This document shows, piece after piece, positions 1-12,779 of a DNA stretch of 42,711 bases. Source of the DNA: Octopus bimaculoides (Eukaryota); NCBI RefSeq assembly GCF_001194135.2, contig NC_068986.1, forward strand, positions 27,017,572 through 27,060,282, given 5' to 3'. A program made the position numbers and the translations under genes. The notes below the pieces were generated by a model. That model had not been told where the DNA came from and did no database searches. It saw nothing but the letters and a program-made list of their open reading frames with translations. Position 1 is the first letter of the stretch. Every line of letters starts with the position of its first letter.

Positions 1-211
1 TATATATATATATATGTATATATGATGATGATGTATGTATGTACATATATACATACATATATATATACATTCATACATACATACATATATATACATATAC
101 ATATATATATATATACATTCATTCATTCATTCATTCATTCATACATACATATATATACATATACATACATACACACATATATATATATATAGAGAGATAG
201 AGAGAGATACA
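1..211. repeat. Compound microsatellite (AT/ACAT/ATTC/AG)
   Basis: Directly visible (TA)n, (CATA)n, (ATTC)n and (AG)n runs; source of spurious ORF 35-250. Confidence 0.95.
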
Positions 212-784
212 TCTATAGGATATAAAAAATTAAAAACAACTTTAATGTGAGGAATTTATCTTAAAGTGGATGAACTTCATGTTATTATAAAAGCCTTTAC
301 GCTACCTGCCTGCCCCAGAAATATGTAAATTGTTTCATGTTCCATTGCACAACCAACATAGTCATATATTTTGACAACAATGAAACCAAAACTGCCACTT
401 TATTGTCGGCTTTCAAACTTTGTCTATTTGACCATCATGGACATAATAGTTACTATTAGAATGTTGAGTGCTCTCCAAAGTATTATCAACAAAGATGGAG
501 AATGTGTAGCCAATACTTGTTAAAGATATTGTTATTATATTTATTATTATTGGTTCTTGTTAGAGTTATGTTTCAGCATTGTAATTGGGCAAACAAATGG
601 AAACAATTATGCTGTGTTTCAAAGAACTACACAGAAAATTGGAAGAGAGGAAGAGAGAAAGAGAATCGTTATTATATTATTTGTGAATGCGTGTGTGTCT
701 ATATGTCTGCTATTTTAAAACTTCGATTCTTGTGTGAAGAACATTCCTGTTGCTGCTGCTGCTGTTAGCTGTTTTTGTTGGCAG

Positions 785-830
<46 letters not shown>

Positions 831-860
831 GGTGATGATGATGATGATGATGATGATGAT
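785..860. repeat. (GAT)n-(GGT)n-(GAT)n compound trinucleotide repeat
   Basis: Directly visible. Confidence 0.95.
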
Positions 861-1322
861 GCAATTTCTCTTTTCATCTTGATGTTTAAATATTGTTGAA
901 TAAAAAAAAAAGCAAAAATAAAAACAAGCTAAAGAAAAAACAAATGCAACACAACAAAAACATTTTCAGAATTATAAACATGTTTTAAGTTAATCTACAT
1001 GTATTTGTCTCCCTCTTATTTTGAAAATATTATGATGATTTATGAAGCAAAGGTTATATTAAAAGAATTCAATAGATATTTATTTTTAATTAATGTGTTT
1101 CAGCTCTTCTAAAGAGGGTGATAATGTTCCGTATAATAAATTACCGAAACATACTATTTCCCTCAAACAGCCATAAAACAGATTCAATAAAATCTTTTGT
1201 CTTTGATATTTTAGCTTATTATTTTTTGGAAATTGGAAATTGATGGCTCTTGTGCTCTTGCAATCTGGATAGCCTTCTTGCTCTCTCTCTTTCTCTCTTT
1301 ACTCTTTCTCTTTTTCTATCTC

Positions 1323-1338
1323 CCTCTCATTCTCTCTT

Positions 1339-1390
<52 letters not shown>
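1323..1390. repeat. (CT)n microsatellite
   Basis: Directly visible; gives poly-(SL) ORFs. Confidence 0.95.
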
Positions 1391-1392
<2 letters not shown>

Positions 1393-2540
1393 CCCATCTA
1401 TCTATCTGTCTGCTTGTCTGTCTCATTTTTGTCTCTCTGCCTCTCCTTTTTAGTTCATTGTGGTAGTAATTTGTTTAATAGTGTCTAATTAATTCTGAGG
1501 CAATGAAAATGAATCTAGTTCGTATGTACATTATGTTAATCGACGGCTTCACCAGTCATAACAACAACCGAAATTGATTTTCCCTTTTACTTGTGGAGGG
1601 ATAACAAAGAAATGGGAGAATGGTGGTGTTGGCAGTGGTGGTGATTGAAAAGAAAGACTACAAAGAAAAATGATCCCTGATAAAATCATTTGATTCTTCC
1701 ATAATAATATTATTGTGTAATTGATATTGTGTGTGTGTGTGTGTGTGTATGTTTGACTTCAATGAATTATTTACTATTTTCTTCTGTTGACCATGTTGTA
1801 GTAGTCAGGAAGAGGCAAATGGGTGTGAGTCAGTAGGTACTGAATGACTTGTTTCCTCTGGTATACCACTGTTATTGTGAGGTGTTATCTAATGAAGCAT
1901 CAATTATTGGATGTTAGTCTTGTGTGTGTATGCGTGTGCATGCGTATATGCATGCGTGTATGTCTGTGTGTGTGTGTGTGTTATGAAGGTCCAAACTCAT
2001 TGAAGTCTTCTTTTGCTGTGATAATCAGAGTAACACTTCAAGTGGCTAAGGTATTTGAATACCTGCACATTGTTCTGTAATTCAAGTCTTCTTACGTAAA
2101 TGCTGATACTAGATGAATCTGGAAACATTTACCTGCACTAACCTGGTAGTTGAGAAAATATTTGTTTATGTATTGTGAGAATGATAAGGAAACCAGAGAA
2201 TACTATAGTTTCATGTAGATTCCTAATGCAGATGCATCTAAACAACATATGCTCACACACTTCACATCTGTCTCTTTCTGTCTTTCAAGTTTATAAATTA
2301 GCATGTCCAGCTGAATTGGGCCTACAACTAAACGTTTGAAATAGTGATGGCATAGTTCACACCAGAAGCATGTAAAACAAAATCAATTTCAGCAGAATTT
2401 GAACATGATATTGGTGGTGGTGGTGGTGGTGGTGGTGGTGGATGTGGTTGCTCAACCTCATTCAAATCATGTCCTATCATCTTAGGAAAAGATATGTCAT
2501 AAATATACCCCTGAATTCCCTGCATATTAGAAAAAGATTG

Positions 2541-2612
2541 TATGGTCATAACTGGAATACCTGTAATAGAAGGTCTGCTTAGACAGCACTGGGCTGAGTT
2601 TAAACTGCTACA
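2541..2612 (+). repeat. Short interspersed repeat family D (about 80-100 bp, often followed by AAC/AAT runs)
   Basis: Shares exact CATAACTGGAAT (2547-2558) with 20792-20803, plus a downstream GGTCT motif. Related copies lie at about 7000-7070 (-), 20785-20870 (+) and 40381-40437 (-). Confidence 0.5.
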
Positions 2613-2613
2613 A

Positions 2614-2679
<66 letters not shown>

Positions 2680-2703
2680 TATTATTATTATTATTATTAT
2701 TAT
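2614..2703. repeat. (AAT)n directly followed by (TAT)n, forming a palindromic microsatellite
   Basis: Directly visible; symmetry centre between 2678 and 2679. Confidence 0.95.
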
Positions 2704-3297
2704 AAAATTTATTCTAATTCATACAACAAACAAACCAATGTACAGACTAGATTCTGATTGTTAGACATAATTTTGAATATGTATGCAAGCAATTATTTTA
2801 TGTTGCAAAGGATTCCCTATGTTGAACTGGGCATGACAACAGTTAGAAAATGAGGATATGTTGTTATATAAACAGTTTTTTTTTATTACATAATGTACTT
2901 CACTTTATACTCTACTAACATAAAGGAAACACACTACTATCTTTGCTGTCTATTTGCTGTATTTTCATTGCTGCCACTATGTATCAAAGAATACTTAAAA
3001 CTGAAGAGGCAATCCAAAAATGTGAAACCAGCCAAGTGATACAGCCTTGCGAATACAATAATGCTTTGTTATGCTGCTGATCTGACAAGAAGGAGGTGAA
3101 GCTCTAGTTCTGTTTCATTCCTCTGCAAGTCAAGTGGACATGTTTATTTTTTTTTTTATATTTGGGAGGGCATTTGTGTGTGTGTGTGTATGTATCTCTA
3201 TTTATATGTGGAGATTTATGTAATAACATGCTATTAGCAATGTGTCTAGTTATACCTGTGTATATCTCTTTGTCAGTTTGTTTCTCTATCTTGTATA

Positions 3298-3528
3298 TCA
3301 TCATCATCATCGTTTAACGCCCGCTTTCCATGCTAGCATGGGTTGGACGATTTGACTGAGGACTGGTGAAACCAAGTGGCCGCACCAGGCTCCAATCTGA
3401 TTTGGCAATGTTTCTACAGCTGGATGCCCTTCCTAATGCCAACCACTCCGAGAGTGTAGTAGGTGCTTTTATGTGCCACTGGCATGAAGGCTAGTCAGGT
3501 GGTACTGGCAACGGCCACGCTCAAAATG
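3298..3528 (-). mobile_element. RTE-type 3'-end element ((GAT)n tail), young, 5'-truncated
   Basis: Reverse complement closely matches 26157-26394 (GGAAGGGCATCCAGCTGTAGAAA ... CCCATGCTAGCATGGAAAGCGG.CGTTAAACGATGATG). Confidence 0.85.
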
Positions 3529-3871
3529 TATATGTGTATGTATATTCATGTTTGCGTGCCTGTGTGTACTTCTTAAAAAGTGTGTACATAAACATATAGA
3601 AATATGTATAAATCATATTAGTGAAGTGAATTTCTTCTTAGAGTCCAGTTAAGTATCCCAAATATTCGTACGAGTCCAAGTGCTTGAAATGCATTATATT
3701 CTCTTGCGAGAAGAAAGCTCTTACTGCCATATCTTTTAATGTCTCCACCGCCACCGCCATATGCTTATTTTCATGCAGCCATAGGTTAGACAGATTGTCA
3801 CAGTCTGAACCATTTCTTATTTGGAGTTACTATGGAAATCAGGGGACTGGGTACTGCTCATATGTTTTATT

Positions 3872-3960
3872 TTTGGCATGGTTACTGTGGCTTGATGCCC
3901 TTTCTAACATCAACCACTTACACACTTCACATGCATTTTATCATGGCAACACCATGGGAG
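3872..3960 (-). mobile_element. Degraded copy of the RTE-tail family
   Basis: TTTGGCATGGTT ... GATGCCCTTTCTAACATCAACCAC matches the family core with many substitutions. Confidence 0.5.
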
Positions 3961-5416
3961 GGGTTGTCATGTCCTTGACTAAAGTGTCTTCTATATTCTA
4001 TGTTGGTCTTTTGTTCTTTCAAAGTAAACATGACAGACTGTACATAGGGGAGAGAGAGATGGGTGGGGACAGAGATGAAGGGTGAAAGAGGAGAGAGTGT
4101 AAGAATGTGCACAGTGGGGGAGAAATGGTGATAGGATGGCAGAGAAAAGAAATCCATTTTGAATGAACTATAAACTCTACATGTATTGAATACTCTCAAG
4201 CTCATTTCTCGACAAGAGAGTAACATTTGAATGTGTGAGTGTGTGTGTGTGTGTATGTATATATATNNNNNNNNNNNNNNNNNNNNNNNNNNNNNNNNNN
4301 NNNNNNNNNNNNNNNNNNNNNNNNNNNNNNNNNNNNNNNNNNNNNNNNNNNNNNNNNNNNNNNNNNTACATACATACATATGTGTATACACACATTATAT
4401 ACATACATATACACATTCACAAGTATATATTTAGAGGGGAATAGATTTATGGTTTCCCTGCTGTGAAATATTACTAGACTAAATGTATTTATTCCTTTGA
4501 CAGGTGATGTATTAAATCTATAATTAATACAATTAAGTAAATTTTAAATTGCTCAGAAATTACAGTTCAGCAATGTTTTCTCCATTATCTTAATCTCTTT
4601 TCAAATACCATACCAAGAAAAATAATGGGATTGTTTCTGTAATGAAGTCAATTAATTGTAACTGAACTATTTTACCTCAGCACTTTAATACTATTACCAA
4701 CAGCTTTATGTCACCTTATAAAGGTCTTTCCATCCTTTAAGCATGTCTGGCAAATTACTTGTTCATTATTCCATAACATTAACTTATTAAATCAGAACCA
4801 CAGTATATGAAAATAGGTTTAATCTGTGCATAAGTATAAGGTTGGTTTCACCTTATGACTGTGTGTATTGCTGAATGCAGAGATAAGATAGAACTGCAGC
4901 TAGTTACATGGTCAGTGGAGTAGATCATTGTACAAGACTATTATATGCGATATTTCGCATGACCATACTGATGTCAAGGGATGTTAAATCAAGTGGTATT
5001 CTAGCACCCTTCATTCCAGAACATGGAACAGACAGAGATTAATACACTCGGTAATGAAAGCAATAGGTTTAGTCATAATATATCAAGAAATTGAAGACAC
5101 TTGGGGGGCTTTTTGCCTCACAATCTCTGTGATTACAGGTAGAAACATAAGCAACTATGTATTATTTAATCAAGTACAAGGAGAGATGTAGTCTAATGCC
5201 TAAATAATACAGTAAGCACGCAGCCTTTGAAATTATTTAGTGGCTGTGTTAGAGTGGGTTTTAGGGTATGTCTGCCCCCCCCCATCTCTCTCTCTCAGTT
5301 CATTGCTAAAAGTGTTTAGGTTCATGATGCAGTCTGTGCTTGGACTCTGACTTTGATCAGGTCTTTCCTGCAGGAATTGGTTTGCAAAGGTGATAGAGGA
5401 ACATTTGTGGCATTAA

Positions 5417-5633
5417 CCCTGTCATTACTGTACTTTTGTTGAAAACACTTCCTTTATTTCATTTACTTTTGAAAATAATGAAGAACAGTGAATTAACTTT
5501 GTCCTTATTAAGCTAAAATTTAAAATGAAATTTTGATGGAAGGGTTTTTAAAAAAAAAATTTAGATCACCTCAAAACAGTGACTTATATCACAGAGCCAT
5601 GGTGGGTTCTTGGGTGGATTGATATAAAAAGGA
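5417..5633. mobile_element. piggyBac-type MITE 1 (217 bp, degenerate TIRs)
   Basis: TTAA at 5413-5416 then CCCTGTCATTAC ... GATATAAAAAGGA then TTAA at 5634-5637. TTAA TSD and CCC..GGG-like ends are piggyBac hallmarks, but the TIR match is imperfect. Confidence 0.5.
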
Positions 5634-6070
5634 TTAATCTCGCCAGTGGTACCATTCATTCCTTCAGAGCTAGTAACTAGTGGGGTGGAATGATACAGTT
5701 GCTATCTTCAAATTCAAAGGACTACAAATTATTGACTGCAGATGAACTTGGTGAAAATAGATAGTTAATAAGGTTGAGACCACTTTTCAGTCTCTACAAC
5801 AGTGGTTGAGTTGGCTTGATTGGTGTTAATAATAAATGGATGACTCTGTTGTCACTAGAAGTGTGCTTATATTCATAAGCTTCCCACTAACAGCTACTCT
5901 TGATAAGGACACTACTCAAGTAATTTAATTAGGAAAATACAGCTAAAGATTGCTTGAAGTAGCTGATTAAACCATGTTCAGATTAGTGATTTGTAGCACA
6001 GAGTTTCCATATATTTGTATTGTTAGATGACAAATCTTTATTTTTGTTGCTAAAATGACTGGTTTCTTAA

Positions 6071-6286
6071 CCCTTTAGTATTAAAACTGTCTGGCCCAAA
6101 ATATTCAACCTATTTTCCATTCAATCTGACCAGATTCAGCCTCTCACACTTATCCTGTAATGCTATTCATATAAATAAGCAATTATATCATTGAAATCTC
6201 AAAGCTATGAGATAATGCACGATTAATTCAAAATAATGTGAATGAATAAGCATTACATTTGACAGAGTAATCCAAATGCTAAAGGG
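6071..6286. mobile_element. piggyBac-type MITE 2 (216 bp)
   Basis: TTAA|CCCTTTAGTATT ... AATGCTAAAGGG|TTAA: 12-bp TIR with one mismatch, TTAA at 6067-6070 and 6287-6290, no ORF. Confidence 0.85.
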
Positions 6287-6559
6287 TTAAGGAATTTGTT
6301 GTATTTGAAGTTCTTATTAATTATTTCACCAGATCACTTTGAATAAATTTCTTATTCAACTATAAAAATGAAACATGCAATTGAGAATATGGTCCTCCCA
6401 CTAATTTAGGAGGGCAGTAACTCCAAATAAGAACTGACTCCAATCATGACAACCCATCCATCCCATGTCGGCTTGGATGTATGATAATTGTAATAAGGAT
6501 AATGGTGGTGGTTGCAGTAGAATCTTATGACTTCAATCTTAGTACTTACCGAATGTTGA

Positions 6560-6752
6560 TGGGCTGGAAGAATTGTTGAAGCATCAAACTAAAATGCTTT
6601 GCAGTATTTAATTATAGCTCTTTACATTCTGTGTTTCTGTGAGGCCAACTTTTTCTTTTGATCGTTCCTGGATCAATAAAATACAGTAACCATCAAGTAC
6701 AACTGTTCCTGCCTTCCAAATGTGTGACCTCATGCTGAAGCAAAGAAATCAA
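6560..6752 (+). mobile_element. Highly degraded SINE family A copy
   Basis: GGGCTGGAAGAAT ... AAAATGCTT ... TTACATTCTG ... GATCAATAAAATA ... AAAGAAATCAAT is colinear with 10617-10836. Confidence 0.4.
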
Positions 6753-8227
6753 TTTTTACCAAACAGAAGATTATGTAACTAGATAGATAAAGGAAGTCAA
6801 TTTTGATTAAAATTCAGACACTTATCACATCAATGGTATATAGATGAGTGATTATTTTGAAATTCCACCTAACACTTTTAATGTCATGTTGTCCTCAATC
6901 CAGTCTGACGCACTTGTGAAAGTGAAAACTGGAATCATTGGTAACTTCTGGAAGCTCATTAAACAATACAATTATGGAATTGTTTTTACTGTTGCTGTCT
7001 AGCATCAGATCAGCCATGATCAATCAAATCTGTGATTAACAGTGTTCCATCTTTGACCATCCTGTCTTTTTTATAGTAATTGAATACTGCAGCCTGCTAG
7101 TAGTCTGAGCGATGTTGTATACAGACGTCTGCTATACAATTTAGCTGAAGTTAGATACAACAGTAAGATTTACTTAGAGATTAAATATATATAACCTTTA
7201 GCATATTAGTTTGCAAGATTTAAAAATGACCCACTCCTCTAGCCTCTAGTGTGAAGAAATCTTTTTTCATTGATTCCAATAATGAAGGAGACTCTGGCTT
7301 GTTAAATCATGCACCGGTTAGTGTAGTAGCACCAGCACGTCTACCATAGGTTTTGTGTGAATTTTAGCATTACTTAAGAAGTCTATGCAATGGTGGAATA
7401 TTGGCTCTGCTTCCCATATGCCTGGCACCTAGAAATGTCCAAGGTAGCACAAATATTTTCACATGGTGGCATTATTTTTGCTCTTCTATGTCTCAAGGAA
7501 GCCATCTAAACCTAATTATTTAAAAGCAGGTAAAGTTTATATAGTTAAAATACATTGTGTATATATTTTCTGATGTAAGGAAATGTAAGGTCTCCGTGAT
7601 GTATGCTTCTATTGAAAATGAAACTACAACACAATAATGTGATAGCATTTCACTCAGCAGCTTGAGACAGTGAGTTCAAACTTTGGTGGAAACTTAGTTT
7701 AAAATTTCATTTCAGTGTACAAGTTCACATATTAAAGACATACTGTGTATCTGTTGCAAGGTGGTTTGGTTTTACCATTCTCTTGTCATCAACTATTTAA
7801 ATGGCAGTTTTGCTTGTATTGGTTTTCATTTCGTTTTTCTTTTCATGCAGACAAGAATTGGCTGGTTGTATGAATATCTTAAGCAGTTTGAAACTTTGTT
7901 GTTTTTCCTATCACTGACTATGTAACTGAAAGCCAAGTGGTTTCCAAATATTTTAGTTAGATTTACATACAGAAAGAAACTAGTAGAGTGTCAGGTTTCA
8001 AAGCAATTCACTTGTAATAATTCTATTGGGAATTATGTAGAAAGTTATAACAAAGAGCAAATGAATGGTATGGAAACAAGCTCACTACCATAATTGGGTT
8101 TTAAAGACAAAAATCTCTTTTGAATTTCAACATCTAATGTGACTGTGATAAAGAGTTAGTGACCAACTCTTTATCACATTTTACACACACATACACACAC
8201 GTGTGGGTACATTTGTATGTGTGTGTG

Positions 8228-8272
<45 letters not shown>

Positions 8273-8316
8273 NNNNNNNNNNGATGTATGTACACTTGTT
8301 GATTTATATATATATA

Positions 8317-8357
<41 letters not shown>

Positions 8358-8853
8358 CACTTTATGTTTGAAACAAATAAGAATGTGTGAAATCATTTTA
8401 CAGCAATACCCAAGGATATTAGAAATAGGAACAAAGAAAATGATCTGGATTATGATCTTGGAATTGCAACACTGTGCTCTGAAACAAATATTGGTAGGAT
8501 TTCTAGGAATTGTATGTCATAGATTAATAATAGGTTTAGATAAGGAAACGAAATTAACATTGGACAGAATGTCACAAGAAAATGGCTTTGTCTGGGAGTT
8601 ATGAGTTCATTTTCAAGCAGTTCCAAGCAGTCATATTGGGAAAGAAAGAAAGAAAAAAAGCAAGTTAAATGGGAATTGTGGGGTTTTTTCCCCACTACTC
8701 CTTTTCGCTATTTATGTGAAATTATGTGGAATTGGATTTTGAATGACAGCTTTCATTTATGGATGACCTTAATTTTTAAGGAACTGACAAACACTAACTA
8801 TGGTGGTTGAAAGTTCCTAACAAATGAGCAGACATATGATGTTGTCATCATTG

Positions 8854-8861
<8 letters not shown>

Positions 8862-8904
<43 letters not shown>

Positions 8905-9010
8905 CCATCATCTACTACTTTTCCCATGTTTGCATGGATGAGACAAAATTTCAGAGGCAGATTTCTACTGCCAGATACTTTTCTGGATTGCAACTATCAT
9001 CTGTTCTCAA
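8862..9010 (-). mobile_element. RTE-tail variant (SINE 3' part) with expanded (CAT)n tail
   Basis: (CAT)n then TTTCCCATGTTTGCATGG ... GAGGCAGATTTCTACTGCCAGATAC..TTCTGG..GCAAC is the reverse complement of the family tail. Confidence 0.55.
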
Positions 9011-9636
9011 AGAAGGTGATATTTTCCCTTATTCCTGGCATTTTGTTTTACTTTTTGACAAAATATTGCAAATGAACTGCAGTTTGTATAATGGTATCAT
9101 TTGTTTGCAGTTTGCAGACAATCTCAAAACACTCACACTCACACAATACAACAGGCTTTTGATCAGTTTTAATCTATTAAATTCACTTACAAGGTTTTAG
9201 TCAGTCTAGAATTATAGTAGAAAATACATGTGCAATGTTTTATGCAGTGGAACTTAACTTGTAACCATGTGCTTGCAAAGCCAGCTTCTTAACAGCATAG
9301 CCACATTAATAAAAAAAAAAAAAAAAAAANNNNNNNNNNAAAAAAAAAAAAAAAAAAAATAAAAAACCCCAACTGGGTCATAAAACCCAGCAGATCTGAT
9401 GTGAATTATGGTAAAGGTACAAATACTTTATAATCGACATTGCTCTGCTTTGGGGCTAGACTGATAGCTTGGCTCAATTCTCAAAACACATTCCATTCTG
9501 CTTCAGACTATACTTGATACATGTATCAGCATAATACAAAACATGACTACATCAGTTAAAACTGCCAATATCATAAGGAAAGTATTATGTAAAAGTTTCA
9601 GATCTGATAGGATGGAAACATTTTCATTTTCTCTTC

Positions 9637-9990
9637 AACTAGTCAATCTGTGGTTTCAGGTTCAGTCCCACTGCATGACACTGTGGGCGAGTGTCTTCTC
9701 CTTTAGCCTCAGACCTGACAATACCTTGTGAGTGAATTTGGTAGATGGAAATTGCATGGAGGCCTATTATATACATACATGTGTGTTTGTGTCTCTCTTC
9801 CCGCTCTCATTTGACAAACAGTGTTGGTTTGTTTACACCCCTGTAACTTAGTGGTTCAGCAAAGGAACTGGTAGAATAAGTACTAGACTTAAAAAAAACA
9901 AAAAGGACAGGGGTCAATTTGTTTGACTAAAACCCTTCATGGCAGTACTCCAGTATGACCACAATCCAATAACTAAGACAAGTAAAAAAT
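9637..9990 (+). mobile_element. tRNA-derived CORE-like SINE, family B, with CR1-type tail
   Basis: B-box GGTTCAGTCCC, CORE-like GGGCGAGTGTCTTCTCCTTTAGCCTC, internal AT/GT microsatellite and 3' GGCAGTACTCCAGTATGACCAC ... GACAAGTAAAA; colinear with 13165-13531. Confidence 0.8.
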
Positions 9991-10084
9991 GGTGATAATG
10001 ACAGTGATTGTTAACAATTTAGACACAAGGCCAGCAATTTTGAGAGAAGTGATGTTAGTCGATGCTGTTGACATCAGTACTTGG

Positions 10085-10323
10085 CTGGTACTAGTGCCAC
10101 ATGAAAAGCATCCATGCTGGTGCCATGAAAAAAGCATCAGCACTGGTGCCACATGAAAAGCACTTAATACTCTCTGTAAAATGGTTGGTGTTAAGAAGGG
10201 CATCCAGTTGTAGAAACCATGCCAAAACAGACAGTTGGCACCTAGTGCAGCTCACCAGCTCCTCTCAAACCATTCAGTCCATGCCAGTATGGGAAAACAG
10301 ATGTTAATTATGATGGTGTTGAT
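10085..10323 (+). mobile_element. RTE-tail element with three approximately 25-bp GGTGCC-AAAAGCA modules
   Basis: Modules at about 10091, 10116 and 10141, then TGGTTGGTGTTAAGAAGGGCATCCAGTTGTAGAAAC ... CCATGCCAGTATGGGAAAACAGATGTTAA and a degenerate GAT tail. Confidence 0.75.
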
Positions 10324-10409
10324 GAATGGAAAGAGCTGGAATAAATCCCTGAAAGCACTTTTTTGATGCTCTACCAATTTTGCCATCTCACTGCCTTTTT
10401 CAATGGTTT

Positions 10410-10600
10410 CTGATTTAAGCACAGGTATTTGAAGGGAAGATACCATCGACTCCAATGCTTGACGGCTACTTTGTTTTATCGAGGAAAAACAAAGTTGGCC
10501 TTGGCAGGAATTGAACTCAGAATATAGACAGCTGGAACAAATGACACAGAACAGTTTTATCAAACCCTATTGATCCTACCTGTCCATCACCCTTCCTTAA
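10410..10600 (-). mobile_element. Degraded SINE family A copy
   Basis: Reverse complement contains TATTCTGAGTTCAATTCCTGCCAAGGCCAACTTTG and CAAGCATTGGAGTCGATG. Confidence 0.45.
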
Positions 10601-10616
10601 TATATGTTTCTAACAT

Positions 10617-10836
10617 AAAGTGGTGAGCTGGTAGAACTGTTAGCATGCTGGACAAAATGCTTAGTGGCATTTTGTCTGTTTACATTCTGAGTTCAAATTC
10701 TGCCATGGTTGGCTTTGTTTCTTTTAGCCTTTCAGGGTAAGTAAGATAAGTACGAGTTGAGCACTGGCATTGATGTAATCAACTTAGCCCACTCACCAAA
10801 CTTGCTGGCCTTGTGCCAAAATTTGAAACCAATATT
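10617..10836 (+). mobile_element. tRNA-derived SINE family A, full length, 12-bp TSD
   Basis: Head GGTGAGCTGGTAGAA ... TTCTGAGTTCAAATTCTGCC (B box), 3' end TTGTGCCAAAATTTGAAACCAATAT. TSD TGTTTCTAACAT at 10605-10616 and 10837-10848. Confidence 0.88.
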
Positions 10837-11142
10837 TGTTTCTAACATTGGTATCAAACCTGAAATCTGTAGGGAGGGTCAGTTGATTAAGCTGGCACCA
10901 AATGCTGGTATCTTGATCAAATAGTCCAAATCTGTGTTTGGTGATAGAAAAGGCATTCAACTGTGACAAACAAACCACAAACAAACAAAAACTAGTGGAA
11001 GGGAGTACACTAAACAGTAGTAGTTTCCTAGTTCCCTCTTTTATGGAGGATTTCTGCAGACCTGCCCAAGCCATGCTAAAGATAGGGGTGGGAAACAATT
11101 GTAAAATGATAATTTGTGTAGAACTTGGTTGTTGATTCTACT

Positions 11143-11175
<33 letters not shown>

Positions 11176-11229
11176 ACTATGTTAACAACAACAACAGTAG
11201 TAGTAGTAGTAGTAGCAGCAGCAGCAGCA
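11143..11229. repeat. (AAC)n/(AGT)n/(AGC)n compound microsatellite
   Basis: Directly visible. Confidence 0.9.
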
Positions 11230-11321
11230 ATCATCTGTTCTTTCTCCATTCATATTGTTTATGGTCTGCAAAACAACATATGCTTCTCATGTGTGTCTCT
11301 ATAGCAGCATTAGGTTCGCAT

Positions 11322-11369
<48 letters not shown>

Positions 11370-12142
11370 GCATTCACCATTGCTAGGCTCATTTAAAGAA
11401 TTAGAAGTACGTTATTTGAAATAGTTTGTCTAAAAAAGCAAACATAGAAAAAAGTAAAAATAAAAAAAAAAGAAATCAAATGTTTCTCTTTGTGTATTTN
11501 NNNNNNNNNNNNNNNNNNNNNNNNNNNNNNNNNNNNNNNNNNNNNNNNNNNNNNNNNNNNNNNNNNNNNNNNNNNNNNNNNNNNNNNNNNNNNNNNNNNN
11601 NNNNNNNNNNNNNNNNNNNNNNNNNNNNNNNNNNNNNNNNNNNNNNNNNNNNNNNNNNNNNNNNNNNNNNNNNNNNNNNNNNNNNNNNNNNNNNNNNNNN
11701 NNNNNNNNNNNNNNNNNNNNNNNNNNNNNNNNNNNNNNNNNNNNNNNNNNNNNNNNNNNNNNNNNNNNNNNNNNNNNNNNNNNNNNNNNNNNNNNNNNNN
11801 NNNNNNNNNNNNNNNNNNNNNNNNNNNNNNNNNNNNNNNNNNNNNNNNNNNNNNNNNNNNNNNNNNNNNNNNNNNNNNNNNNNNNNNNNNNNNNNNNNNN
11901 NNNNNNNNNNNNNNNNNNNNNNNNNNNNNNNNNNNNNNNNNNNNNNNNNNNNNNNNNNNNNNNNNNNNNNNNNNNNNNNNNNNNNNNNNNNNNNNNNNNN
12001 NNNNNNNNNNNNNNNNNNNNNNNNNNNNNNNNNNNNNNNNNNNNNNNNNNNNNNNNNNNNNNNNNNNNNNNNNNNNNNNNNNNNNNNNNNNNNNNATATC
12101 TTTATTTTTACTTTTGTTTTTGCATTGGCTGAAACTAACACC

Positions 12143-12198
<56 letters not shown>

Positions 12199-12779
12199 AT
12201 ATGTGCATATATTTTTAATTTTTCCAGATGCCATTTCTTTTACAAATATGCTTGAACTGTGGAATTTAGTATTGTTAATGCTTCATGTCAGATGCTGAAA
12301 TTATATGCAATGCTAACCTTGTTTTATGTCGATGTTTATTAATTTAACACTCTAATTTATGTTCAACTTTGATGTCATAATGCATCGCAATTAACTGTAT
12401 GAGATATGAATGAGTTAAATATATGAGAAGACCAAAAAATTAGATTCTGGCTATATTTCTGATTTTTCTTCTGCTCTTGTCATATTAAGGAATTTATTTA
12501 AAAATGAATAATTGTATGTGATATCATAAAGTTAGACTAGTTAATTATATGAAGTATTTAATTTTCGTTTTTTTTTCTTTCTTTTTAAATGATAATTAAA
12601 AAAGTTTGATCACAAATACAAATAGCTGAAATGGAGTTCCTCTGAAGAGTCACTGAAGTATTGTTACTTGACAGGGTTTGTAGCTTGGAGAGAAGGGCAT
12701 CTCTGCAGGTTGAGCTGCTGTTTCTTTGCATTGACAGGTCACAACTCCGGTATTATGGATGTGTTGTTAGAATAATGTT

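Noticed and set aside
2328-2549. Minus-strand ORF with poly-proline
   Set aside because: The poly-Pro is a (GGT)n microsatellite like others in the window, the start lies in repeat family D, and no convincing donor or homology was found.
4908-4966. Small hairpins ATGCGA-TATT-TCGCAT and ATGGTCA/TGACCAT
   Set aside because: 6-7 bp stems are expected by chance; no ncRNA boxes in the right arrangement.
8601-9200. ORFs 8601-8810, 8824-9075 and 8934-9200
   Set aside because: No recognisable domain; the latter two overlap a (CAT)n tail and an antisense retroelement end.
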